Shown here: positions 37,924 to 48,337 of the stretch, one piece after another | Numbering within the stretch: position 1 is the stretch's first letter | Layout of the letters: the number at the start of each line of letters is the position of its first letter | NCBI GenBank assembly: GCA_965222075.1 | Contig: OZ244937.1 | Location: 4,352,001 to 4,416,000 of the forward strand | DNA length: 64,000 nucleotides | Direction of reading: 5' to 3' | DNA from: Candidatus Latescibacterota bacterium | Lineage (GTDB): Bacteria > Latescibacterota > UBA2968 > GCA-2709665 | Notes under the pieces: generated by a model | What the model saw: only the letters and a program-made list of their open reading frames with translations | Database searches by the model: none | What the model was told of the DNA's origin: nothing | Position numbers and translations under genes: made by a program

Positions 37924-38196
37924 ATGCGGCTGGATCTGTTTTTGAAGCGATGCTGCCTTGTGCGGCGGCGATCGGAGGTCAAACGAGCGTGTGACAACGG
38001 GATTGTTACTGTGGACGACCAGCCGGCAAAGGCGGGGCGGGTTGTGCGGCCGGGGCAGCGGGTGGGTATTGCGTTTACGGATCGGTACCTGCAGGTTGAG
38101 ATCTCCGAGCTCCCGCGTGGGAATGTCTCCAGGGCCGCGGCCAGGGCCTACTACCGCGTGGTCCAAGACGAGGCGCGGGAGGCGGCCGATTTCTGA
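37924..38196 (+). CDS. RNA-binding S4 domain protein (RqcP/HslR-like)
   Basis: MRLDLFLK...LVRRRS...KRACD.G...AKAG. Confidence 0.88.
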   Translation: MRLDLFLKRCCLVRRRSEVKRACDNGIVTVDDQPAKAGRVVRPGQRVGIAFTDRYLQVEISELPRGNVSRAAARAYYRVVQDEAREAADF

Positions 38197-38237
38197 GTGT
38201 CCATACGGATAGACAGGTTTTGAGATGGGATCCGACG

Positions 38238-38267
38238 GGTCCAGTCTGCCATGGGCTGGCCTTTTTT
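38238..38267 (+). terminator. Possible intrinsic terminator
   Basis: CCAGTCT/GGGCTGG stem (with G-U pairs) followed by T6, downstream of the S4 gene. Confidence 0.4.
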
Positions 38268-38362
38268 CATGGCTTACGATCACGGAGGGCCAGGGAGCCC
38301 CATCCTGCCGCCCTGCTGTACAAAGGGTGCTGTGGTAGATCCATACAATAGGTAGAAGAGGT

Positions 38363-39121
38363 ATGTTGAAGCATGCGTCGGAAATGAAAGAGGTGCCTCC
38401 TTACAGCAGGCTGGCCTCGATATACGATTATGTGATGCGGCATGTAGATTATGTACACTGGGCGGACTACGTGGAATCGCTACTCCAGCGGCACGGTCTG
38501 GCCCCGGCGCGGGTGCTGGACCTGGCCTGTGGAACGGGCAGTCTCGCCGTTGAGTTTCGGAAGCGGGGCTATAAGGTTGCGGGTGCGGACGCGTGTGAGG
38601 AGATGCTGGCGGTGGCAAGGGAAAAGGTTCGGATGGTGGGATGCGATATTCCCTTTTATCACAAGAGTCTGCTTGGCCTGAAGGGGTTGTCCCAATTTGA
38701 ATGGGTGCTCTGCCTCTATGACAGCATCAACTACCTGATGACGCTGGAGGAGGTGTCGCGGGCGCTTGAGGAGATCCATGGGGTGGTCGAGCCGGGGGGG
38801 CTTTTTATTTTTGATATCTGCACAGAGACGAATTCCCTCCGTTATTTCCGGGATATGACGGATAAAGACCGGGGGAACGGGTTCTCCTACATCCGGCGCA
38901 GTTATTATGACAAGGGGATTCAGTTTAACCGGTTCGAGATCAATTTTGCGGCTACCCATGAGGCGGTTTGGGAGGTTCACCAGCAGCGAATTTACCCTCT
39001 CTCGGACATCGAACGCGTGATTGAGGCTTCTTCATTTCAAGTAGAGGGTGCGTACGATGGGTTTGGTCTGTTGCCTCCAAACGATCAGTCGGATCGGGTG
39101 CATTTTGTATTGAGGGCATAA
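38363..39121 (+). CDS. Class I SAM-dependent methyltransferase
   Basis: VLDLACGTG, CLYDSINY and PGGLFIFD. Confidence 0.9.
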   Translation: MLKHASEMKEVPPYSRLASIYDYVMRHVDYVHWADYVESLLQRHGLAPARVLDLACGTGSLAVEFRKRGYKVAGADACEEMLAVAREKVRMVGCDIPFYHKSLLGLKGLSQFEWVLCLYDSINYLMTLEEVSRALEEIHGVVEPGGLFIFDICTETNSLRYFRDMTDKDRGNGFSYIRRSYYDKGIQFNRFEINFAATHEAVWEVHQQRIYPLSDIERVIEASSFQVEGAYDGFGLLPPNDQSDRVHFVLRA

Positions 39122-39131
39122 GGAAGGAACT

Positions 39132-39782
39132 GTGATCGAGCTTCGGCATGTTTGGGTTGAGCGGGGGGGGCGGCCGGTTCTGATGGATATGGATTTTGAA
39201 GTGGGTCGGGGGGAGTTTGTTTACCTGTTGGGGCCGACGGGTGCGGGCAAGACGACGATTTTACGGCTGATGATGTTTGAAGCGCGTCCGAGTAGGGGCG
39301 TGGTTTTTGTGGGCGACTACGACTCAGAGTCCATTCAGGAGCGGGATGTGCCGTTTTTACGGCGGAGGGTGGGGGTGGTTTTTCAGGATTTCAAGCTCTT
39401 GCGGGATCGGACGGTTTTTGAAAATGTGGCTTTTGCGCTGGAGGTGACGGGCGCACGGCGGTCGGTGGTGAAGCGGCGCACCCTGGCGTTGCTGTCGACC
39501 GTGAACCTGGTTCACAAGCGGGGGGAGTACCCCGATACCCTGTCGGCAGGCGAACAACAGCGGGTGGTGATTGCCCGGGCGCTGTTGAACGATCCGTTCG
39601 TGCTGCTGGCCGATGAACCCACCGCCAACTTAGATCCTGAGACCACCGATCTTACGATGGAGATTTTTGCCGAGGTCAACGCCCAGGGGACTGCGGTAGT
39701 TATGGCCACGCACGACGTGGCGCTTGTCGAGCGTTATCGTCACCGGGTGCTTTCGCTGGTGGGGGGGCGGTTGAAGGCTTGA
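39132..39782 (+). CDS. ftsE: Cell division ATP-binding protein FtsE
   Basis: GPTGAGKTT, LRRRVGVVFQDFKLL and LADEPTANLD, upstream of ftsX. Confidence 0.93.
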   Translation: MIELRHVWVERGGRPVLMDMDFEVGRGEFVYLLGPTGAGKTTILRLMMFEARPSRGVVFVGDYDSESIQERDVPFLRRRVGVVFQDFKLLRDRTVFENVAFALEVTGARRSVVKRRTLALLSTVNLVHKRGEYPDTLSAGEQQRVVIARALLNDPFVLLADEPTANLDPETTDLTMEIFAEVNAQGTAVVMATHDVALVERYRHRVLSLVGGRLKA

Positions 39783-39802
39783 TTGCGGAATGCGGGCCCT
39801 CA

Positions 39803-39930
39803 CCCCGGACAATGGGCTAACGCCTGTCTGCCTGCTTGCCTGTCTGCCGTGCCGGGCACGGCACAGGCAGGCCTGTCTCCGGCGGGCTGGCGCCCGCCTC
39901 TGGCTCACCGGGTCGTTTCCCCGCCCTGGA
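39803..39930 (+). repeat. Composite intergenic repeat, copy 2
   Basis: Near-identical flanks to 7876-7981 with a different, longer internal hairpin (GCCGTGCCGGGCACGGC). Confidence 0.85.
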
Positions 39931-39965
39931 TTTCGGATTGAAACCCTTGCTGGAGAAAGAGGGGT

Positions 39966-40835
39966 ATGGGGCTTGGACGTGCGTTTCGTGAGGCGTTTCG
40001 GGGGTTGTGGCGGACGGGAACCGTGGGGGTGGTTTCGGTGGTGGCCACGGCGGTTTCGCTGCTGGTGCTGGGGGTGTTCGTGCAGGTGGTTGGGGGGGGG
40101 TATGCACTTGCCGAATCTTTACGGGAGCGGGTGGAGGTGGAGGTCTATCTGAAGGACGGGCTGAGCCGCAGGCAGGCCTTAGCGCTGGCCCGGGAGCTTA
40201 AGGAGGTGGCGGGGGTGGCGGGGGTCAGCTATATTGACAAGGCCGCTGCGGCCTCCGAGTTTCGAGAGATGTTCGGCGAAGGGCTGCTTAAGGCGGTTTC
40301 ACAAAATCCACTGCCGGCGTCCATCCGGGTGCGGCTGGAGGGGGGAGCCGACCTTTCGGGCCGCGCACAGGCTGTTGCCGACGCAGCGGCAGGAAGGCGG
40401 GAGGTGGAGGGCGTGGATGTGGGTGCGTCCTGGCTGGCCGAGCTGGATGAGGCGCTGAAGAAAGCCATGTGGGTGGGCCTGCTGCTGGGGGGGGTGCTCT
40501 GCACAGCCTGCGTCTTGGCGGTGAGCAATACGGTCAAGCTGATGGTGCTGGCCCAGCGGGAGGCGATGGAGGTTATGCGGCTGGTGGGGGCAACAGGGGG
40601 GGGTATTCGCCTGGCCTTTTTGCTGGGTGGGGCCCTGCAGGGCTGCATTGGGGGGTTGCTGGCGGCGGTTGCGCTCTGGTTTGGATCGGCGTGGTGGATG
40701 TCCTGGGTCCCGGACCTGGCGTTTGTGTCGTCCTTATACCCCGGGCTGGGCGTGGTGGGGCTGGGCACGCTGTTGGGTATTGGGGGGAGCTGGGCGTCTT
40801 TGAACCGGGTGTTGAATGCGGTGGTATGGCGGTAG
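39966..40835 (+). CDS. ftsX: Cell division permease FtsX
   Basis: TM1, periplasmic domain with NPLPASIRV, NTVKL and MRLVGAT. Confidence 0.9.
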   Translation: MGLGRAFREAFRGLWRTGTVGVVSVVATAVSLLVLGVFVQVVGGGYALAESLRERVEVEVYLKDGLSRRQALALARELKEVAGVAGVSYIDKAAAASEFREMFGEGLLKAVSQNPLPASIRVRLEGGADLSGRAQAVADAAAGRREVEGVDVGASWLAELDEALKKAMWVGLLLGGVLCTACVLAVSNTVKLMVLAQREAMEVMRLVGATGGGIRLAFLLGGALQGCIGGLLAAVALWFGSAWWMSWVPDLAFVSSLYPGLGVVGLGTLLGIGGSWASLNRVLNAVVWR

Positions 40836-40866
40836 GGGCGCACAGGGCCATTAAGGGGAAGGGGAA

Positions 40867-42057
40867 ATGCAGCTTGCAGCTTGCAGCTTACAAATTGCTT
40901 TGCTGGTTGTTTTCTGCTGTGCGGGTGGGCTGGATGCACAGGAGGATTTGAAGCGGGCATTGGGAGTGGAACAGGCGGCGCTGGACAGCTTGAAGGCGAA
41001 GTTAGGGGCCGATCAGAGGCGTCTGAAGGTGACCGAGACCGAAGAACGGACGGTGTCTGAGGACCTGGGGCGTCTGGAGCGGGATATTGTTCAGATTCGG
41101 GGGGAACTCCGGAATTTGAAGCGACGGGAACGGGAACTGGCGGGACGTGTGGGGACGGCGAAGGGAAAGCTGGAGCGGCTTGAGGGCTGGCTGAAGGTGC
41201 GGCAAGAGGGGTTGGGACAACGGCTGCGGGAGCTGTACAAGATGGGCCGACGGGGGAGGCTGCAGGTGCTCTTTTCGGCGGTTTCGTTTGCCGATGTCTT
41301 GAAGCGGTTGCGCTACCTTTCCCGCATCGCCCAGCAGGACCAGAGGGACTACAGGGCCATCCGGGCGGATCGGGAGCGGGTGGGGAAGGCGCTGGCCCTG
41401 CAGCGGACGCAGTACAGGCATCAGCGTACACTGCTCAAGGCCAAGCAGGAGATCAAACGGGCCTTAGAGGTGCGGGTGGCCGACCGGGCCCGGCAACTGA
41501 AGCGGCTTCAGGCGGATCGCTCGGCGATGGGCCGAGCGATCCGGGAAAAACGGGAGGCGATTGCCCAGTCGGACGAACGGGTGCGACACCTGATCCAGGA
41601 GATGCAGGAGCAGGAGCGGTGGGGACAGCGGCTGGCCGTGCAGCCTCTATTCGACTTTGAGGCCCACCGGGGGCGACTCCGCCCGCCGGTAGAGGGGAAG
41701 GTGGTGGCGCGTTTTGGACGGCACCAGGATGCTGAACTCAAGACCTGGACGTTCAACCGGGGGGTGAACTTGGCTGCGCCAGAGGGGACGGAAGTGCGGG
41801 CGGTGGCCCCTGGAGAGGTGGTGTTGGTGGACTGGTTCCCAGGGTACGGGCAGTTTGTGCTGTTGCGGCATCCTGGAGAGTTTTATACGCTCTACGGCCA
41901 CCTGGCGTCGGTGCTGGTAAACCGGGGAGAGCTTATGGCGGAGGGGGCGGGCATTGGAACGGTGGGGAGTACAGGCAGGCTGGATGGGAAGCCGCAGCTT
42001 CACTTTGAGATTATGCGGGGAGAAGAGCCGCTGGATCCGACGAAGTGGCTGAAATGA
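40867..42057 (+). CDS. envC: Murein hydrolase activator EnvC (coiled coil plus M23 domain)
   Basis: Long coiled coil and a degenerate M23 domain (NRGVN, YGHL, LHFEI), following ftsEX. Confidence 0.88.
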   Translation: MQLAACSLQIALLVVFCCAGGLDAQEDLKRALGVEQAALDSLKAKLGADQRRLKVTETEERTVSEDLGRLERDIVQIRGELRNLKRRERELAGRVGTAKGKLERLEGWLKVRQEGLGQRLRELYKMGRRGRLQVLFSAVSFADVLKRLRYLSRIAQQDQRDYRAIRADRERVGKALALQRTQYRHQRTLLKAKQEIKRALEVRVADRARQLKRLQADRSAMGRAIREKREAIAQSDERVRHLIQEMQEQERWGQRLAVQPLFDFEAHRGRLRPPVEGKVVARFGRHQDAELKTWTFNRGVNLAAPEGTEVRAVAPGEVVLVDWFPGYGQFVLLRHPGEFYTLYGHLASVLVNRGELMAEGAGIGTVGSTGRLDGKPQLHFEIMRGEEPLDPTKWLK

Positions 42058-42281
42058 ATTGCGTGTGTAGGAAATCACAGGAGACGATGTCTGCGGCGGT
42101 TGCGGAGATCGCCAGGGGAGTGTATCTTTGTCGGGACCAGCTGGACGGGATTCTGGCAGCGCCGATGCGGTTGCAGACCCGGGTGGAGGTTGAGGGGGAG
42201 GCGGGTGTGGAAGGGATCGTGGACGAGATTGAAGAGATTGAAGATTGGAATTTGGTGGCAGGTGTTTGTGTGGAGGCAGAG

Positions 42282-43277
42282 ATGATGGATTACAGTGAGG
42301 CCGTAGCCTTTTTCGACCCGGACGAGGCCTACCTGCTTTCGACTCACTTGAATGCGGACGGAGACGGCATGGGGGCACTCTTGGCGCTGGGCGAGATGCT
42401 GCATGCAATGGGGCGGGACTACCGGATTGTGCTGGGTGACGAGGTACCGAGCCAGAAATTTGCCTTTCTGTCGGGATTTGATCGCATTGAGAGCTACGGG
42501 TCACTGGGGGGTCAGCCACCGTTTACCCGGGCCGTTTTCGTGGATACCCCCACATTTGATGCCCAACGGGTGGGGATCGTGGCCCAGCTTCTGGGTAAGG
42601 ACGCCCGGGTGCTGATTATCGATCACCACGCGGGCAAGACCGAAGAGGGGGACGTGCGTTTGGTTGACTCTGGGGCAAGCGCGGCCAGTGAGCTGGTCTA
42701 CAGGCTCATCCAGGCTGCGGGTGTGGATGTCAGCCAGGAGATGGCCATGCAGATCTATGCCGGTATCGTCTTTGATACCAAGCTATTCAAATTTTCGCAT
42801 CCGAAGCGCGCGTTGAAGGTCTGTGCCGAACTGGTGGATCTGGGGGCCGATCCGGAGGGGATTGCGGATGCGCTCTTTGCCCGGCAGAGCTACGAGACGG
42901 TGAAGACTCTGGGTGTGGCGCTGTCCTCCTTAGCGCTTCACATGGAGGGCCGGGTGAGTACGCTGGTTGTCAACCATACGACATACCTTCTGGGTGGAGA
43001 CCTGGATCTGGTGGTCGATTATGCCATGGCCGTAGAGGGGGTTGAGGTTGCCCTCTTTTTCAAGGAAGAGGAGCCGGGGCATTACCGCGTGAGTCTCCGT
43101 TCCCGGGGGGCCGTAGATGTCAACCAGGTCGCCCAGATCTTTGGCGGCGGGGGGCATGAGCGGGCCTCTGGATGCCAACTTGATATGCTCCTTTCGGATG
43201 CAAAACAGGCGCTGCTGGAAGAGGTTGAACGGCGGATGAAAGGGAAATCCGGCACATCGGGGGAAGCGAACCCTTGA
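42282..43277 (+). CDS. nrnA: DHH/DHHA1 phosphoesterase (NrnA-like)
   Basis: HLNADGDG, IDHH, DT, SLRSRG and GGGGHERASG. An alternative in-frame start exists at 42087. Confidence 0.88.
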   Translation: MMDYSEAVAFFDPDEAYLLSTHLNADGDGMGALLALGEMLHAMGRDYRIVLGDEVPSQKFAFLSGFDRIESYGSLGGQPPFTRAVFVDTPTFDAQRVGIVAQLLGKDARVLIIDHHAGKTEEGDVRLVDSGASAASELVYRLIQAAGVDVSQEMAMQIYAGIVFDTKLFKFSHPKRALKVCAELVDLGADPEGIADALFARQSYETVKTLGVALSSLALHMEGRVSTLVVNHTTYLLGGDLDLVVDYAMAVEGVEVALFFKEEEPGHYRVSLRSRGAVDVNQVAQIFGGGGHERASGCQLDMLLSDAKQALLEEVERRMKGKSGTSGEANP

Positions 43278-43284
43278 GGCAGAT

Positions 43285-44199
43285 ATGGATCTGTTGACGC
43301 TGAAAACATGGACGCCGGAGGAGATTCTGGCCACCGTGGAAGAGGGGCTGGAGGTGAAGGCGCATCCCAAGCGATGCGGCGAGGCCCTGAATGGACAGAC
43401 GCTGGCCATGCTGTTTCAGAAGACGTCGACGCGAACCCGATGCTCTTTTGAGGTGGGCATGACACAACTGGGGGGCCACGCCATTTATCTGGACTGGCGG
43501 GCGACCAATTTTCTGCTGGCGGACCTCAAGGACGAGGCCCAGGTTCTGTCCCGATATGCCGATGGGATTATGGCCCGGATGCTGAAACACGAGGACCTGC
43601 GGCAGCTTGCTGCCGGGGCCGAGGTCCCGTTGATCAACGGGTGCTGTGACCGGTACCATCCCTGCCAGGCACTGGGCGATCTGATGACGGTGTGGGAGAT
43701 ACACGGAAAACTGGACGGGGCGCATCTGGTTTACGTTGGGATCCGGAATAACGTGTGTAACTCTCTGATTGCGGCCTGTACCAAGGTGGGTGTGCGGATT
43801 ACGGCGGTGACGCCGGAGGTGAACGGGCCTTCAGAGGATGCGGAGCTGGTTGCCGAAGCGCGCTCAACCGGCCTGTTTGAGGAGACGCTGGACCTGAATG
43901 GAGCGATAGGGGACGCCGATTTTCTCTATACCGATACCTGGGTGGATATGGAGTTCTTCTTAGATCCGGAACAGGAGGCGGAGAAGGAGCGCCGGGTGCA
44001 GGTCTTTACCCCCTACCAGATCGATGCGAAACTTCTGCGCAAGACCAAGGCGCTTGTGATGCACTGCCTGCCGGCGCATAAGGGATATGAAGTGACGGCG
44101 GAGGTGATGGCGAGCCCGAGGTGCGTTGCCGTGGACCAGGCGGAGAATCGGCTGCACGTTCAGAAGGCGGTTCTGATGCGGCTGCTTGGGAACGAGTAG
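43285..44199 (+). CDS. argF: Ornithine carbamoyltransferase
   Basis: KTSTRT, HPCQ, MHCLPA and QAENRLH. Confidence 0.85.
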   Translation: MDLLTLKTWTPEEILATVEEGLEVKAHPKRCGEALNGQTLAMLFQKTSTRTRCSFEVGMTQLGGHAIYLDWRATNFLLADLKDEAQVLSRYADGIMARMLKHEDLRQLAAGAEVPLINGCCDRYHPCQALGDLMTVWEIHGKLDGAHLVYVGIRNNVCNSLIAACTKVGVRITAVTPEVNGPSEDAELVAEARSTGLFEETLDLNGAIGDADFLYTDTWVDMEFFLDPEQEAEKERRVQVFTPYQIDAKLLRKTKALVMHCLPAHKGYEVTAEVMASPRCVAVDQAENRLHVQKAVLMRLLGNE

Positions 44200-44263
44200 G
44201 CAGGTTTCTCGCTTGTTTGCGGAATGCGGATTTCGGACTGGAGGTTGTGAATAAGGAGAGGGT

Positions 44264-45190
44264 ATGCGGATTCTGGTTACGGGGGGGGGCGGATTTTTGG
44301 GGTCGCACCTGTGTGAGTACCTGCTAAGAGAGGGGCATGAGGTGGTGGTGATGGATAACCTGCTGACCGGGCGGGTGGAGAATATTGCTCACCTGATCGG
44401 GTGGGAAGGGTTTGTGTTTTTGCACTACGATGTGACCCATTTTATACACGTCGTGGGGCCTTTGGATTATATTCTGCACTTCGCCAGTCCAGCCAGTCCG
44501 AAGGACTATCTCCAGTATTCGATTCATACGATGAAGGTGGGGGCGCTGGGCACGTATCATTCGCTGGGGCTGGCCCGGGCTAAAGAGGCAAAGTTTCTGC
44601 TGGCGTCCACCTCGGAGGCCTACGGGGACCCGTTGGTGCACCCGCAGCCGGAGACCTACTGGGGGAATGTGAACCCGATTGGGGTGCGGGGGGTGTACGA
44701 CGAGGCCAAGCGGTTCGCGGAGGCGATGACGATGGCCTACCACCGAGAGGAGGGGATCGATACGCGGATTGTGCGGATTTTTAATACCTACGGTCCACGG
44801 ATGCGCAAAGACGATGGGCGTGCGATTCCCACGTTTATCTCCCAGGCCTTGACCGGTGAGGATATCACGATTAACGGCGACGGAAAGCAGACGCGGAGCA
44901 TCTGTTATGTGAGTGATCTGATTGAGGGGATCTACCGGTTGATGCAAACGGATTACCACGGGCCGGTAAATATCGGCAATCCGTCGGAGATGAGTATTCT
45001 GGAGCTGGCGAACAGGATTCTCCGGATTACGGAGAGCGAGAGCCAGATTGTCTTTAAGCAGGCGATGGTGGACGATCCCAAGGTGCGCCAGCCGGATATC
45101 GGCCTTGCCCGGAATCTGTTGGGCTGGGAGCCGAAGGTGAGTCCAGAGGAAGGGCTGCGGTGGACGGTGGAGTGGTTTCGGGATCACTGA
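44264..45190 (+). CDS. UDP-glucuronate decarboxylase family extended SDR
   Basis: [33 protein letters not shown] and [10 protein letters not shown]. Confidence 0.92.
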   Translation: MRILVTGGGGFLGSHLCEYLLREGHEVVVMDNLLTGRVENIAHLIGWEGFVFLHYDVTHFIHVVGPLDYILHFASPASPKDYLQYSIHTMKVGALGTYHSLGLARAKEAKFLLASTSEAYGDPLVHPQPETYWGNVNPIGVRGVYDEAKRFAEAMTMAYHREEGIDTRIVRIFNTYGPRMRKDDGRAIPTFISQALTGEDITINGDGKQTRSICYVSDLIEGIYRLMQTDYHGPVNIGNPSEMSILELANRILRITESESQIVFKQAMVDDPKVRQPDIGLARNLLGWEPKVSPEEGLRWTVEWFRDH

Positions 45191-45310
45191 TATAACGGAG
45201 GGGCATGGAACTTCCCTCCTGCTGCCTATGTGCTACACTGAGGGTTACAGAGCCGTCCCTCCCAACTTCGGGGGCGGCATTTTGTGTTGTTTCTTGCAGG
45301 AGACGTTGAT

Positions 45311-46195
45311 ATGAGACTGAAAGATAAGATCGCTGTTGTGACCGGGGGCGGCCAGGGCATTGGACGGGCAACGGCGCGGATGTTTGCGCGGGAAGGGGCG
45401 AAGGTGGTGATTGCGGCACGGACGGAGGCCAAGTTGGAGCGGGTCAAGAAGGAGATTGAAGAGGAAGGTGGAGAGGCGCTGGCCGTGCCGACGGATGTAG
45501 GGCGGGAGGAGGATGTGAAGCGGCTGATGGAGGCGACCCGGGAACGGTTCGGCGGGCTGGATGTGCTGGTGAATAACGCAGGCGTGGGTCCGGTGGCGCC
45601 GGTTGACGGTGTGGACATGGCGGAATACGACCGGCTCATGGATACCAATCTGCGGGGCATGTACCTGGGGTGTCGGCTGGGGGCGCCGATGATGAAGGCG
45701 GCGGGTCGGGGGTCGATTATCAATATGTCCTCTGTGCATGGTGTACAGGGCAGTCCCCTGAATACGGTTTATGCGGCCACCAAGAGCGGAATTATCGGAT
45801 GTACGCGGGCGCTTGCGGCGGAGCTGGCGCCGTTCCGGATTCGAGCGAATGCGATCAGTCCGGGGGCGATCTGGCTGGAGGCGTACGAGGAGCGGTGGCT
45901 GGAGCAGATCCGAAAAGAAGAGGGTGAAGAGTTCATGCGACTGTTCGGGGAGGCGATGAAGGACGACCACCAGTACTTCCAACCGCTGAAGATGGTCGGG
46001 ATGCCCGATGATATCGCCCACTGTGCGGTGTACCTGGCGTCGGACGAGTCGCGATTTGTTACCGGACAGAATATCGTCGTGGACGGGGGAGTGACGACGC
46101 ATTTGAGCCCGTATGCGCTGGAGGGGGCGCGGGAGAAGATGCAGGTTTCGATGGAGAAAGTTCGGGCCTGGATTGAAGAACATAAGGAGGAGTAA
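45311..46195 (+). CDS. Classical SDR oxidoreductase
   Basis: TGGGQGIG, NNAG and YAATK. Confidence 0.9.
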   Translation: MRLKDKIAVVTGGGQGIGRATARMFAREGAKVVIAARTEAKLERVKKEIEEEGGEALAVPTDVGREEDVKRLMEATRERFGGLDVLVNNAGVGPVAPVDGVDMAEYDRLMDTNLRGMYLGCRLGAPMMKAAGRGSIINMSSVHGVQGSPLNTVYAATKSGIIGCTRALAAELAPFRIRANAISPGAIWLEAYEERWLEQIRKEEGEEFMRLFGEAMKDDHQYFQPLKMVGMPDDIAHCAVYLASDESRFVTGQNIVVDGGVTTHLSPYALEGAREKMQVSMEKVRAWIEEHKEE

Positions 46196-46285
46196 AAGGA
46201 GCGGGGAGTTCCAGGTTTGCAGTTGAAATGACAGGGGGAAGATGCGAGACAGATGTGGTCCCGAGTGGGAAAACACGGGTGGGGA

Positions 46286-48337
46286 TCAATAGCCGTGGAT
46301 GTAGTGCCCGCCCTGGGGGAACCAGATGTAGTCGACGATGAAGGAGCAGCCCACGGCGAAGAGGTAGCCGACGATGAGGCCGTAGCAGCAGGGGCGCACG
46401 CGCCGGTAGAGGAGGATGCCGCCGAGTTGCAGGACCAGGAGTTTGGCGAGCCAGACCAGGAAGATGTCCAGGACATAGAGACGCACGTAGCCGCTGAACA
46501 TGAGAAAGAGGCCGAGGGGGTGGAGGGGCCACCAGGTGATGCGGGACTGCAGGAAGGTGAAGAGGGTGGCGACCAGGCCGCCTGTGGTCCAGACGAGGAT
46601 TTTCGCGGGGTCGGGCATGGTGCGCTGGGAGGTTTCCGTGACCACTTTGGCGATGCCGTTGTACATGCCCACAGGCGCGCCCACCAGAGACCAGGTCCGG
46701 AAGGTGGTGCCGCCGTATTCGTAGCAGATCCAGATGGTGTAAAGCGCTGCGGACAGCACGCCCAGCAGGACGCCACCGAAGACCAGCCATCCGACCTGTC
46801 TGCCTGCGCCTATGAGCCGTTCGATGTGGGGCAGCACCCCAGGGAGGCGCCATCCGGGCAGGAGGCGGGAGTTGATCACGCGCATGGTGACGAGGGTCGA
46901 TTCGGTCATCTGGCTGGTGCCCGCCCAGATTCGCGGGATGGCCGTTCCCCAGTTGGGAAATATGTAAGCAAATCCACTGGCGGCCAAGAATTTCATAACG
47001 GCCAGGATGCTGGTCCAAAGCAGGACCATCCAGACGGCGGCTATGGTTAGGCTGTAACCGGCGGCGTACAACCAGAAGACCATGTAGAGCCCCCCACCCA
47101 GGGTCGCGGCGGCGGCGCCTCGCGGGGAGAGGATGACGGTTCGCTCTTCTTCGGCTTTGGGCGGCTGAAGGATCTGCCGGACGATGTGGGCCAGATGTCC
47201 TCTGGCGGTCCAGACCGCCCAGATGACCAGGCCGATCATGACACCGTGCCCGAACAGGCCGAGGATTTCACCCGTCTTCGCCTCCTGGCCGGTCAGGCCC
47301 ACGGAGACGCCGACCCGGGTCATCCAGTAGCGGGTGACCAGCCCGACCAGGTAGAGCGACCAGATGCTGAAGAGGATGTTTAAATCGCAGAGGAAGGTGA
47401 ATCCGACGACGGTGGGGAGCATCCGGTAGGAGAGGGGGGAGAGGTAGCGGGTGACGACAGCTCCCCTGGGGCCGGACTGGGCGAAGTAGGCGTCCCAGAT
47501 CGTGATCCTGGGAAAGCCGGAGACGAAGTATTCCACGATGTTCCAGAGCAGGGGAAAGGCCGACACGGCGAATCCTGCCCAGAAGGTCCAGGTGCGCACG
47601 AAGGGGGGCCATCCGCGGCGCCGGTCGAACCCTTCGGTGAGGTCAAGGGAGACCTGGGCCAGGGGGTAGGTCAGGCGTTCGTGTTCTGCCCACTGTTTCT
47701 GGAAGATCGCCGTGAGTCCCAGTCCGACCGCAGTCATGGCCAGGGCCGCGGAGGCCGCCCAGAAGAGGGGGATGAGCCAGGCGCCCCAGGGCAGCATTTC
47801 GCCCTCTCCCAGTCCCAGGAAAAATCCTTCTACGACGCCCGAAAAATTCGACGGATACATCCACCAGGGCAGGTAGTCGAAGATGAGTTCCGCCCATCGG
47901 TTTTCAGGGGATGCGTAGTAGCGGGGAGCGGCCATCACACCGACCCACTGCGTGACCCAGTTGTAGCCGGCAAAGGTGCCGCCTACCCAGAGCATGCAGA
48001 GCAGCACGCGCAGTTCCGCAGAAGAGAGGGAGAGTCGGGGCAGGAAGCGTTTAAGCAGGACGTTGCCCAGGAGCCAAAAGGTGAAAGGGAGCAGGACCGT
48101 GAGGGGCAGATTGGACATGGCCATGTGGGCGGACCGGGCCTTGAACTCCAAGTAGGTGGTTGCCACACAGGCAAGGGCCAGGGTCGCGGCTGATAGCAGT
48201 ACGGCGGTTTTGCGAATACCGGTTTCGAGGATCTCCCCAGCGGGGAGGGGGGGACCATAGGATTTCGGGGATTCGGTGGGTTGGCTCAAGTTTGGACCTC
48301 GCCCTCTGGTTGACTGATTTTCATGTTCGGTCAGCAT
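46286..48337 (-). CDS. DUF6785/DUF6784-type polytopic membrane protein (putative transporter)
   Basis: YYASPENRW, KQWAEHERLTYPL and WWPLHPLG with many TM helices. Start uncertain (48337 or 48388). Confidence 0.8.
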   Translation of the reverse strand: MLTEHENQSTRGRGPNLSQPTESPKSYGPPLPAGEILETGIRKTAVLLSAATLALACVATTYLEFKARSAHMAMSNLPLTVLLPFTFWLLGNVLLKRFLPRLSLSSAELRVLLCMLWVGGTFAGYNWVTQWVGVMAAPRYYASPENRWAELIFDYLPWWMYPSNFSGVVEGFFLGLGEGEMLPWGAWLIPLFWAASAALAMTAVGLGLTAIFQKQWAEHERLTYPLAQVSLDLTEGFDRRRGWPPFVRTWTFWAGFAVSAFPLLWNIVEYFVSGFPRITIWDAYFAQSGPRGAVVTRYLSPLSYRMLPTVVGFTFLCDLNILFSIWSLYLVGLVTRYWMTRVGVSVGLTGQEAKTGEILGLFGHGVMIGLVIWAVWTARGHLAHIVRQILQPPKAEEERTVILSPRGAAAATLGGGLYMVFWLYAAGYSLTIAAVWMVLLWTSILAVMKFLAASGFAYIFPNWGTAIPRIWAGTSQMTESTLVTMRVINSRLLPGWRLPGVLPHIERLIGAGRQVGWLVFGGVLLGVLSAALYTIWICYEYGGTTFRTWSLVGAPVGMYNGIAKVVTETSQRTMPDPAKILVWTTGGLVATLFTFLQSRITWWPLHPLGLFLMFSGYVRLYVLDIFLVWLAKLLVLQLGGILLYRRVRPCCYGLIVGYLFAVGCSFIVDYIWFPQGGHYIHGY

